Part shown: in pieces, positions 1 to 10,490 of the stretch | How the letters are laid out: the number at the start of each line of letters is the position of its first letter | Numbering within the stretch: position 1 is the first letter of the stretch | NCBI RefSeq assembly: GCF_001194135.2 | Contig: NC_068989.1 | Location: forward strand, 50,267,499-50,315,257 | DNA length: 47,759 nt | Reading direction: 5' to 3' | Source of the DNA: Octopus bimaculoides | Taxonomy: Eukaryota | Program-made: the position numbers and the translations under genes | Notes under the pieces: generated by a model | Database searches by the model: none | Seen by the model: only the letters and a program-made list of their open reading frames with translations | Told to the model about the DNA's origin: nothing

Positions 1-739
1 ATATATATATATATGTATGTATGTATGATTCGTGTGTGTTTGTCTGCGTATTTATTTACATATATAAACCAATGCACCCATATTAGTGAATATGTGTATA
101 CGAACGTGTGTGTGTATAGGGAAGGGCGGAAAATCGCTCTGTAGAATGCGATGCCAATTCTGATCGAATAATAAGAATCATGCTACCTGTTCAAAGAGCA
201 ATACATCTGTATCTCTTCACTTGATGCTTTTGTTACATGATACTTATATTAATACGTCGGGATTAATTAAATATTCCTAAGAATATATATTCAATATGTT
301 TGTCCTTATTTTTGGTACTTAATTAGCAATCCGAATTGTGTTTGTTTTTTGAAACATATAGATTCTCTAGTGATTCCGAAGAAGTATAAAACGTGTTTAT
401 AGATATTTCTTGCAATTCTTGCGTTCAGTGTTCATATCAAGCTATGGCTTATTTTGGAAATAGACATAAACTGTAACACGGTTTCACACCTTGGCTGGTA
501 GCTTGAAGGTATTTAAAAAAGTCCACACGTGCAATCATTCCTATAAAGTCTCCGGTTTCAAGAGAAATTGCTTCTACCTTTCCACTAGTCCCGAAGATTC
601 TTCAAAAAGTATTGGCTTTTCTTTATCTCTTGATTCAAGCCTGAAATTTGTAATCGATGTAGAAATTCTAGTTATCATAAACTGGCCAGCAACTTTAGAA
701 TATTAAACCCTGTAGCAAGATTAGTCTTCACACTACTGA

Positions 740-1310
740 AAACAGTTTATCCGACAAAACACAAACTACCAAACTGTTTTCATAAAAATACTATCAGAAT
801 GACCTCTTCTACTACCACAAGCTTTGCTCAAACATTGCAGACTCCTACATCTCTAACCTCGAAAATTTAAACGCAAAGTTCTTTTGGAAGCTGCAACATT
901 TTCTAACTTGACTTAAAGCCCCACACTTCAGAAATGTATGACTGAGGATATTCTCTACTAATTTATTACGCAGAAAACCACTATACGTCAAAGCAATATG
1001 AATAATACGTAGAACCATTTCAAATTAAGATACTACGTCCAAACTCTGACCTTTAGAAGCTCAGAAGTTACGAGCTATCATTATCTTCATACATTAACTT
1101 GAAAATAATCGATAACTTTTTTGAGTTAAATATCCTAAAAAAGATAAAGGCATATTAAGGTTGTAAGAAAACCGTGCAATGTTAGCATCGCAGAATGCCT
1201 GGAGTTTATTTTTAACACTAGTTCATTTCTGTACGAAGAATGTGATCGCTTTAATTTTACACGTGCCATGTGCCAAAGAAAAGTGTACATTTTAAACTTA
1301 TAACTACTCA
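740..1310 (+). mobile_element. Highly degraded Penelope-like element, C-terminal/GIY-YIG region
   Basis: Manual translation gives YPTKHKLPNCFHKNTIRMTSS (from 748) and PTLQKCMTEDILY (from 919), then LSSYI..LK and C-x-x-C-like remnants. This order resembles the PLE pattern FPxxHKLxKIFNxNTxKxSYS...CPLxGKCLxxxVIY...TxLSxYIWxLK. Many stops and frameshifts. Confidence 0.5.
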
Positions 1311-1724
1311 CACAATTTCTGAATACGCTAACAAACTCTTTGCACACCATTCTTAATGTATATTGTCCTTTTTATTACAGGTGTCTTGATCTATTATATT
1401 TTTTATAACAACCATATCAATAAACATCTTAAAGAAAATATGTAAATTCATTCTGGAATTTATATCTGCTCTTTCTTCACGTCCTTTCATTTCTACATAG
1501 TATCACAACATTGCATAAAATAAATACTTTGTTGTGTTGCAGTCAATTGCATTACCAACGTGTATACTACATATTTTCCGTATAATACTGCACACCATAA
1601 CCCTTGAACCTATAAAAGTCCAAAAGCTACTTATGATTTTTACATTTATCACTCGAATTATTTCTATTGTGCGTACAAAACCTGAAATTGTAGTGGAGGC
1701 GTCTACATCTTCCCAAAATATATG

Positions 1725-1856
1725 ACTGGTACTTATATATCGACTCCGAAAGGCAAGGTCGACCTCAACAATGTTCGAACTTAAAACGTAACATCGGAAG
1801 AAATGCAGCAAATTATTTTGTCCGGATTGATCATCATTCTGCCAGCTCGCTTCCTT
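1725..1856 (-). mobile_element. tRNA-derived SINE family 1, partial degraded copy
   Basis: Reverse complement matches the family 5' end GGCGAGCTGGCAGAA and internal GAGGTCGAC...AAGTACCAGT seen in the + copy at 23218-23433. Confidence 0.8.
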
Positions 1857-2291
1857 ACTTTATAATACAATAATATAAGTCAATAATGATTATCTTTAAT
1901 GATGACTTCTACTTGTTCCTATCATCGTATTTTACACATATCTCCTTCTCCCTGTCATTTTACAAAACTTATATCATACCTAGAGGCTAATAACAAGGCA
2001 GCAATACTTTCTATCTTTTATTTCTTTTTTGTTTTTAAACAATAACGTGTCATCTTAATTTACAATTAAAATTTTCGGTCTACAATCATCTCTCAGATTA
2101 ACAGTAAAAAAAATCCATCCTACACACCGCACCGTAAGTTATAAACCATAAATTAACTATTTTAATTAGGGTTATAAATTGTAACTTTGTTTCAATGTCT
2201 TAATTATGTAAATCGTTATTGATCTGATAATATCAGAGGTATATTTTCTGAATTTGTATAATACCGCAATTAAACTACCGCTTTTGTTACG

Positions 2292-2360
2292 TTGATAATG
2301 ATAATAATTATAACAATAGTGATGATGATGATGAAGATGATAACAACAACAACGACAACA

Positions 2361-2430
<70 letters not shown>

Positions 2431-2472
2431 TAATAATAAAAAAAATAACAATAATAATAAATGATAATAATA
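2292..2472. repeat. Compound (GAT)n/(AAC)n/(AAT)n microsatellite
   Basis: Directly visible trinucleotide runs; explains the poly-I/M ORF. Confidence 0.97.
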
Positions 2473-3260
2473 TATCAATATAACATTTTACAATCTTATT
2501 AACTTTTTAAAATTTAAGCATTTCCACATGAATCTATCTCTCTTTACGTATAAATTATACGTTTAAAAATATATTACAATATAATATAACTTATATCATA
2601 ATATATTATAATTTATATAATTATATAAAATACATAGCCGTCATCAATCCTCAATTTGGATGGTGATAATGGGCAACAACTAAATATAAACTTGCCAATC
2701 TTTTAATTTATTTATAGATTTTTTCACAATTTTCAATCTAATATTACTTATTAGATGACGATGATTACGTTGGTTATAATGACGATAACAATGTTGATGA
2801 TAATTAAAGCTACAAACTTCAGAACAAGCGTTTTACTAATTTATGCATTTTGCAGCTTATATTTTTACAGTTATTTCCCTCATTTCATTCATCATTCATT
2901 CCTTTTCTTCCCGCCATCTCGTATTCTCTCGTTTCATCTTTTATAAATGATATATAATTCATTGACTTTCGTATGTTTCTCGCTGTATTTCTTAGCCTAT
3001 GCAATTTTCTCTTTCCTCTATGTTTACCTAAATGCCTACCAGTCTAGCGCCATTGCAAATTGAGGTATTACAATACAATTGTAAAGAAGCATGCACACAC
3101 ACACATGCATATACATATTGGTAGTGCAAATCAGAGGTGCAATCTGTGTGGGTGTTTTTTCAAAACACTGTCTGGTTTAAAAAGCCACATCAGACGCCAT
3201 GAAAGGGCTAAGGTGTAGGTGCAGGAGGTGGTCAAACTCTGTTTAAGGAGTAGACAACCA

Positions 3261-3263
<3 letters not shown>

Positions 3264-3320
<57 letters not shown>
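3264..3320. repeat. (TA)n microsatellite
   Basis: Directly visible. Confidence 0.97.
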
Positions 3321-3344
3321 GCATATATGAACACATATTGTGCG

Positions 3345-4778
3345 CTTTTCTGCGAAACTCCACCTGCATCTAATGAAGAGGACTGCTTCACCGACCTGGC
3401 AGTGGACGTCAGCTCCTAGCCAGTTCCAAGCAGTCGATCTTTTTGCAGGCACCTGTCAGCGTTTCCAAGCGTCCCTGACATCTGAACATCGACCCAGCTG
3501 AACTCTCGGCGCTTCGATGTCTCCGACGTCGCACGGACATCGTCATAAAACCAGATGACAAGGGTGGAGCCGTGGTGGTGTGGAGCACGGACATATACAA
3601 GGCGGATGCTCTCAACCAACTTCAAGACACCTCCTTGTACTGCCCTCTGCCCTCCGACCCAAAGCCCAGCTACCAACAGACTGTGTCCTCCACTATCCAT
3701 CTCCTCCTCTCGTGTTCCTCCACCGCCTCTAACCTAATTGTTCGCACCGCTCCACAATTTACTTCCTCCTCAAAATCCACAAACCTAACAACCCTGGCCG
3801 CCCCATTATCTCCGCCTGCAACTGCTCCACCGAACTCATCTCCAGATACCTTGACCGTGTCCTTACACCCCTAGTGGCTTCCCTTCCCTCTCACATCCAT
3901 AACACCAACCATCCTCTTGATTTGTTCAACTCTTTCTCCTTCCCACCTGGTCCCTCTAAACTTCTCTTCACTCTTGACATCAAGTGTCTATACACGGTGA
4001 TCCCTCACCACAAGGGGCTGCATACACTCTAACATTGCCTTGACCTTCGACCCAACACCCAACCTGACACATCCACACTCCTTCGTCTGGTCGAACGTGT
4101 CCTCTCACTTAACTGCTTCTCGTTTGCAGGTGATTTTTACCAGCGAATCTCGGGAGTAGCCATAGGAACGAGAATGGGCACCATCTATGCGAAAATATTT
4201 GTTGGCTGCGTTGAGGACCAAATATCCACAAGTTTCACTGGTCCCACTCCTGAACTATACGGTCATTATATTGACGACTGTATCGGTGCGACCTCACCCT
4301 CCCGCGAACATCTAGACTCATTCCTCTCTTTTGTCAAATCTTTCCATCTTGCCCTCCACTTCTGCACTATTTCCGCCACCTCAGACGCCCTTCTCAACAT
4401 TTCGGTCAGCATTCGTCACTCCACTGTCACCACCTCCATCCACAACAGTCACATAGACTCACACTCATACCTCACTTCTCCTCCTCCCACCTTAAACACA
4501 CGAAGCACTCCATCCGCTATTCCCAATTCCTCCGTCTGCGTAGGCTCTGCTGTGACAACCGTGACTTTGAGATTCAGTCTCAACTCATGGCTCACCACTT
4601 CATCCTACGTGGATATCCCCTCACTACTATCCACATCTGCTCTCTCCCCCCGAACCCGCCCCGCCATCACCCGTCTCCCGTTACCCTCACCTACTACCGC
4701 ACCACCCTACCCCTCCAACGCACTATTCTCCGAGCCTTCCGGCGATTCCAGTCCAACCCCTCCACTTTACACATCTTC
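3345..4778 (+). mobile_element. Penelope-like retroelement reverse transcriptase, frameshifted, truncated by assembly gap
   Basis: Translations include DIVIKPDDKGGAVVVW (~3539-3586), LFTLDIKCLYTVIPH, LSLNCFSFAGDFYQRISGVAIGTRMG, YIDD (4267-4278) and HFILRGYP. These follow PLE RT motifs (KPADKG, DxxSLYTxIP, GxxMG, YIDD, RGYP). Confidence 0.92.
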
Positions 4779-5399
4779 NNNNNNNNNNNNNNNNNNNNNN
4801 NNNNNNNNNNNNNNNNNNNNNNNNNNNNNNNNNNNNNNNNNNNNNNNNNNNNNNNNNNNNNNNNNNNNNNNNNNNNNNNNNNNNNNNNNNNNNNNNNNNN
4901 NNNNNNNNNNNNNNNNNNNNNNNNNNNNNNNNNNNNNNNNNNNNNNNNNNNNNNNNNNNNNNNNNNNNNNNNNNNNNNNNNNNNNNNNNNNNNNNNNNNN
5001 NNNNNNNNNNNNNNNNNNNNNNNNNNNNNNNNNNNNNNNNNNNNNNNNNNNNNNNNNNNNNNNNNNNNNNNNNNNNNNNNNNNNNNNNNNNNNNNNNNNN
5101 NNNNNNNNNNNNNNNNNNNNNNNNNNNNNNNNNNNNNNNNNNNNNNNNNNNNNNNNNNNNNNNNNNNNNNNNNNNNNNNNNNNNNNNNNNNNNNNNNNNN
5201 NNNNNNNNNNNNNNNNNNNNNNNNNNNNNNNNNNNNNNNNNNNNNNNNNNNNNNNNNNNNNNNNNNNNNNNNNNNNNNNNNNNNNNNNNNNNNNNNNNNN
5301 NNNNNNNNNNNNNNNNNNNNNNNNNNNNNNNNNNNNNNNNNNNNNNNNNNNNNNNNNNNNNNNNNNNNNNNNNNNNNNNNNNNNNNNNNNNNNNNNNNN

Positions 5400-5820
5400 T
5401 CGTCACTCCTCCTCGTTACCCATCCATACATAATCCAACCCCACCATCCCTATATATCCCATTCCACTCTACCCTATCCCCTTAGACCCTACCTTTGCTT
5501 CCACCACTCTCGCCTCCCTCACACCCCAACACAACCACACCACACATCACACATCAGCACACCACCACACCACACCACACACCACTACACCACACACCAC
5601 CATGCTACGCTACACCACATCACACCACCCCGCATACACTAGCACCGACCACTCCCATCACCCACACCAGCGCACACACTAGCACTGACCACTTCTCAGC
5701 ACCTATACCATCATCCACACACCTACACATGCACAGACACATCAATGTCACCAGCCCCCTTCCACACGCTCGCATACACACATACACGCTCTTACATGCA
5801 TACACACGCGCACATTCATT
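5400..5820. repeat. C/A-rich low-complexity tract (CACCA/CACAC-type)
   Basis: Imperfect CAC/CACAC runs between the gap and the PLE terminal repeat. Confidence 0.85.
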
Positions 5821-5834
5821 TTGGGATCACCTCT

Positions 5835-6066
5835 ATTTTATTATGTCCCCTTCTTCCTAGCACTGCTGTGTGACCCCTCTGTCCGGCATTCACTAGCCAC
5901 CATATCTTTTTCTGTTTTCTCTCTGTTTATTTCTATGTTCCTTTCTGTCGAAGAGCGTAGGCTCGAAACGTAAAAGACTTTCTCACTTCCCGAGTGTTAA
6001 ACTAATACACCTGTTTATTGTTTACACAACCGTCTCCGTCTTTTATTTTTTCGTAAATTCTCACTA
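5835..6066 (+). mobile_element. Probable Penelope terminal repeat (pLTR) region
   Basis: Lies downstream of the PLE RT on the same strand and contains a hammerhead-like motif (5941-5975), an established hallmark of PLE pLTRs. Linkage across the gap is inferred. Confidence 0.6.
5941..5975 (+). ncRNA. Minimal type I hammerhead-like motif, variant core
   Basis: CUUU-CUGUCGA-A-GAGC(GUAG)GCUC-GAAA-CG-UA-AAAG: stem I CUUU/AAAG, stem II GAGC/GCUC, GAAA, loopless helix III, GUA triplet. Core has U at A6. Confidence 0.6.
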
Positions 6067-6076
6067 TATATATGTA

Positions 6077-7144
6077 CTAGCTGAGGTAGCCGGTAATAAA
6101 TTACCGTTAATAAGATGTCTGTTTATAGCCATGCAAACGTTTTCGTCAATTTTCAGCATTTTTCAAAAATTCCATTGCAGTAAGGTAGGACCAATTTGAC
6201 GAAAAAATAAGCAAAGTCTGGTAGCGAACCCGTGTCGTTGTCATTTTTGTGCATGTGCGTAAAATGGCGAACTTTTACGCTTTGAGGCGGATTTCGTGAA
6301 ATCAATGTCACTACGGCTAGCGTGCAAAATGGCTAAATTTTGCTTGAGAAATAAAATGCTTTTACTTAATCAAAACCTGACATGCTGGGGAATTAAAACA
6401 ACGAATTGAAATAATAAATTTTAGCAAATCAAAGCTATTCGCATTGTAATGCAGAACTAGCAAATGTTAAATAAATTACCGTTAATGAGGTGTCCATTGA
6501 TAGACAAGAAGCATTTTTCGTCAAATTTCGGCATTTAAAAAAAAATTTAAATCAATATTAATGGGACCAGTGTAACGGAAAAATGAGCAGAGTCTAGTTG
6601 CGAACCCGTGTCGCCGTCATTTTTGTACATGTACATAAAATGGCGAAATTTTACGCTTTGGGGCGGATTTCGTGAAATCGATGTCACGACGGCACGTGTG
6701 CAAAATACCTAAATTTTGCTTGAGAAGTAAAATGCTCTTACCTAATCAAAACTTGAAACGCTGTGGAATTAAAACAACGAATTGCAATAATAAGCTTTAG
6801 CAAATGAAAGCAATTTGCATTGAAATGGAGAATTAGCAAATGCTAAATAGATTACCGTTCAAAAGCTATCTGTTTATACCCATGAAACATTCTTCGTCAA
6901 ATTTCGGTATTTTTCGTCGAATTGATGCCACGATAGCTAGTGCGAAAAATGCCGAAATTTTACGATATTTGAAAAATCGATGCGAATTAAAAATCGATTC
7001 ATTTAAAATTCCAAGTACGTAAGTGACCATAAAAGCATAAGCCCTATACACGTGTCAAGTTTCATCAAGATCTGTTGGATAGTCTCAGAGGAGTTAAAGT
7101 AACAAATTCACAAACGCACAAAACTTGCCATTTATTATTATAGA
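6077..7144 (-). mobile_element. Non-autonomous Helitron (1068 bp)
   Basis: The minus strand starts TCTATAATAATAAA at 7144 and ends CTAG at 6077. A hairpin CGGTAA-TAAA-TTACCG (6091-6106) lies 10 nt from the end. Inserted between host A and T with no TSD. Confidence 0.85.
6098..6925. repeat. ~375-bp tandem repeat (2 full units + partial) inside Helitron
   Basis: Unit start (A)ATTACCGTT recurs at 6098, 6473 and 6849. Shared internal blocks such as GCGAACCCGTGTCG and GGCGGATTTCGTGAAATC are present in both full units. Confidence 0.92.
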
Positions 7145-7694
7145 TATATATGTATGTATATCCCAATATTCTACACTCACACTTCGTTGCAGTGTCCCCT
7201 TCAACATTCGTTGCGGCTGTTGCCCTACTCTTCAGCCATTAGCATGTTTTTCGGCACGTACCCTTTCAGTGTCTACATTCAATCACACCTTCCATCTAGA
7301 TATGTAGTATCGCATCCAGCTGCATTATGACAATGTGTTAAAAATAACTGTTTGCGTTGTGTAAACCATCTCTCTCTCCCCCATATCTCCCCTCCGCATC
7401 TCTCCCTCTTCCTCGTATCTCGCCTCCCCCTCCACTTATCTCCCCCTCTCCCCTTCTCCCCCGTATTTCCCCATATTTCTTCCTCTCCCCTCACTCTCTC
7501 GTTGCTCTTATCATCTTGTTATCAGCTTCATAATTTTCTACGTAATGTAATGTGTTCAGAAAACAGTAATTCAGCATCAGATGAATCGACACAGTCATGT
7601 CAGATGGCTACAGATTGATATTAATCTTACCAAAACTGTTTATACCTTGGGTCTGATGTATTCGTGATAAGGGACATTTCGCTCAATATTGTCT

Positions 7695-7898
7695 TCAAAT
7701 TTTGGCACACCGCTAGCAGTTTAGGAGGAGGAGGAGTTAAGTCGATTACATCTATCCCTGAAATCAACTGGTACTTATCTTATCGACCCCGAAATGTTGA
7801 AAGGCGGAATCGGAATATGAACCCAGAACATAAAGACAGACGTAATACAACAAAGAATTTTGCCCTGCATGATAACAATTCTGCCAGCTCGCCGCCTT
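7695..7898 (-). mobile_element. tRNA-derived SINE family 1
   Basis: Ends TTCTGCCAGCTCGCCGCCTT (reverse complement of the family 5' end); internal ACTGGTACTTAT..ATCGACCCCGAAA. Confidence 0.88.
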
Positions 7899-8089
7899 AC
7901 ATTTCACTAAATATTAACATTAAAAAAATATGCTCATTCCTTCTACTGATTTTCAATTTGTTCCTATTGTAAGTTAGAAAATATTTAGACCAGATGATCT
8001 ACAAACTCTCTAAAAATGAAGTTCACAGGAAATCCAGAATAGATCAGTACACTCACATTTAAAATGCGAACACACCATAGACTGCCCAC

Positions 8090-8372
8090 GGGCATATGGC
8101 GTAGTGGTTAAGAGCGCGGGCTACTAATCCCAAGATTCCGAGTTTGATTCCAGGCAGTGACTTGAATAATAATAATGATACTACTACTACTACTAATAAT
8201 AATAATAGTAACAACAACATCGAAAAATACCTTAGGAATAAGAACCCAAGTTCGAAATTTCCTCAAGACACCTGATGAAGACTGGAGGGTATATCAGCCG
8301 AAACGTTGTGCTTACAAACAAGATGAGGACAAATATCCGTCAATTGTAAATAATGTAAATAATGTATCATAG
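8090..8372 (+). mobile_element. tRNA-derived SINE family 2 with hammerhead-containing 3' tail
   Basis: A box TGGCGTAGTGG (8097-8107), B box GAGTTTGATTCC (8140-8151), (AAT)/(ACT) microsatellite (8165-8219), then a ~150-bp tail homologous to 22730-22880(-) and 22961-23110(+). Confidence 0.85.
8268..8310 (+). ncRNA. Minimal type I hammerhead ribozyme motif
   Basis: ACAC-CUGAUGA-A-GACUG(GAGGGUAUAU)CAGCC-GAAA-CG-UU-GUG. Core CUGAUGA at 8272-8278 and GAAA at 8300-8303; one stem II mismatch in this copy. Confidence 0.75.
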
Positions 8373-8637
8373 AATATGTCCAAAAGTAGGGCACCAATCT
8401 GAATGTTAAGGTATCATTCATTTGCCAATACACAATACATAACAGTATCTAACTTAGAAGTTTACTTTCGTAAACCGTCCAATTTTTTCCTGTCATATTC
8501 TATCTCTTTTAACGTTTAACATTTTCTGTTCATGCCTGCACTTTCTGTAGAAACCATTTTTTCTCAGCATTAACAAATCAAAATATCAACTTTCAGGAAT
8601 ACGATTCTTAAAGTATATTTGTTTTTCTCTGTCACAG

Positions 8638-8694
8638 TCATTGATATAAAGTTACAGAAGCTGATCAGTTCTCGTATCAATCAAACCAGAACAG
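8638..8694 (+). CDS. Candidate 57-nt symmetric (phase 1) host exon, product unknown
   Basis: Acceptor TTTGTTTTTCTCTGTCACAG and donor CAG|GTAAAG; length divisible by 3; only one open frame, reading xIDIKLQKLISSRINQTRT. No homology recognised. Confidence 0.3.
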
Positions 8695-9425
8695 GTAAAG
8701 GACAGAGAGACTGTTTATTCCACCTGATCGAACTCATAAAATAATAAATAAATAAATAAATAAATAAATAAAATGTGCAATTATGATGCAGACATGAAAT
8801 TATACTTAGAAATGATATACTTTAATTTTCTACTGATTTCTTGGATCTTTCATTACTGATGGCGTTAAAATGTTGAAGGAGAACTAAATATTCTTTCAGC
8901 AGTATATAATAAACTATAATTTTCAGTGATCTTCACGCTGTTTAACTATACTTTAATATCTTTTACATATATCGCCTGTGTCTAGGGTGCGGTATATAAG
9001 AATTGTATATAAGNNNNNNNNNNNNNNNNNNNNNNNNNNNNNNNNNNNNNNNNNNNNNNNNNNNNNNNNNNNNNNNNNNNNNNNNNNNNNNNNNNNNNNN
9101 NNNNNNNNNNNNNNNNNNNNNNNNNNNNNNNNNNNNNNNNNNNNNNNNNNNNNNNNNNNNNNNNNNNNNNNNNNNNNNNNNNNNNNNNNNNNNNNNNNNN
9201 NNNNNNNNNNNNNNNNNNNNNNNNNNNNNNNNNNNNNNNNNNNNNNNNNNNNNNNNNNNNNNNNNNNNNNNNNNNNNNNNNNNNNNNNNNNNNNNNNNNN
9301 NNNNNNNNNNNNNNNNNNNNNNNNNNNNNNNNNNNNNNNNNNNNNNNNNNNNNNNNNNNNNNNNNNNNNNNNNNNNNNNTATATATATACATACACATAT
9401 TCATATGTATGCATGTGTGCAGGTA

Positions 9426-9467
<42 letters not shown>

Positions 9468-10260
9468 CAGAATTTTAAACATGTTGACATACATGCATAT
9501 ACATATATGTGTATGTATGCGTGTAATATGTATGTAAGTATGTATGTATGCATGCGGGTGTGTATGCTTCTGTGCGGTTGTGATGATACACTTCTAGTAC
9601 GTGTATGTGCGTATATCTTACCACCAACGCACATACAAATTCCTAACGAAACGTCGTCCATATTTAGATATGTAGACTATTCTGACCCCAATAAAACAAG
9701 TGGAATCTCTAATTCCAACCAAGTTCAAAAGACATTATTTTATTTTATCTTTTTCTACTATTTTTATAGTATTTTTGTGTCTTTGTTCTTCGTCATGAAT
9801 AATTCATGCCCAATAAATATTCATAATACTACAAGCAAACGGATCTAAACCGATACATCAGTTACAACACGAATAACAATATCACTATCATCATCATAAA
9901 ATCATCATCGTCGTTATCACCATGATTATCATCATAATTTGTCCCCCCACGTCCACCCAAATACATGATAACTATCTGTAATAATATCAGTAAAGACATT
10001 TCTATATGTTCACTTTATTTCTTTGCTATGACTTCTGTATATATATATATATNNNNNNNNNNNNNNNNNNNNNNNNNNNNNNNNNNNNNNNNNNNNNNNN
10101 NNNNNNNNNNNNNNNNNNNNNNNNNNNNNNNNNNNNNNNNNNNNNNNNNNNNNNNNNNNNNNNNNNNNNNNNNNNNNNNNNNNNNNNNNNNNNNNNNNNN
10201 NNNNNNNNNNNNNNNNNNNNNNNNNNNNNNNNNNNNNNNNNNNNNNNNNNNNNNNNNNNN

Positions 10261-10298
<38 letters not shown>

Positions 10299-10324
10299 TG
10301 CACCCATATTGAGAAAAAGTAGAG

Positions 10325-10421
10325 GTAAAGGGAGAGAGGGAGAGTGAGGGAAAGAAGGAGAGAAAAGACAGAGAAAGAGAGAGAGGGGAGGGAGATGAAG
10401 GAAGAGAGGGAGATGAAGAGG

Positions 10422-10457
<36 letters not shown>

Positions 10458-10490
10458 NNNNNNNNNNGAGAGAGAGAGAGAGAGAGAAAG
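10325..10490. repeat. (GA)n / purine-rich microsatellite
   Basis: Directly visible; contains a 10-N gap. Confidence 0.93.

Noticed and set aside
2975-3070. Possible exon with acceptor and GAG|GTATTA donor
   Set aside because: All three frames contain stops.
4174-5642. Long ORFs (245-419 aa) in the ORF track, also at 8953-9848, 9965-10347 and 20837-21589
   Set aside because: They read through N-runs; the length is an artefact of assembly gaps.
8090-8161. Possible genuine tRNA gene
   Set aside because: No acceptor-stem pairing, atypical loop (CTACTAA), no oligo-T terminator, and it continues into a SINE body shared with another copy.
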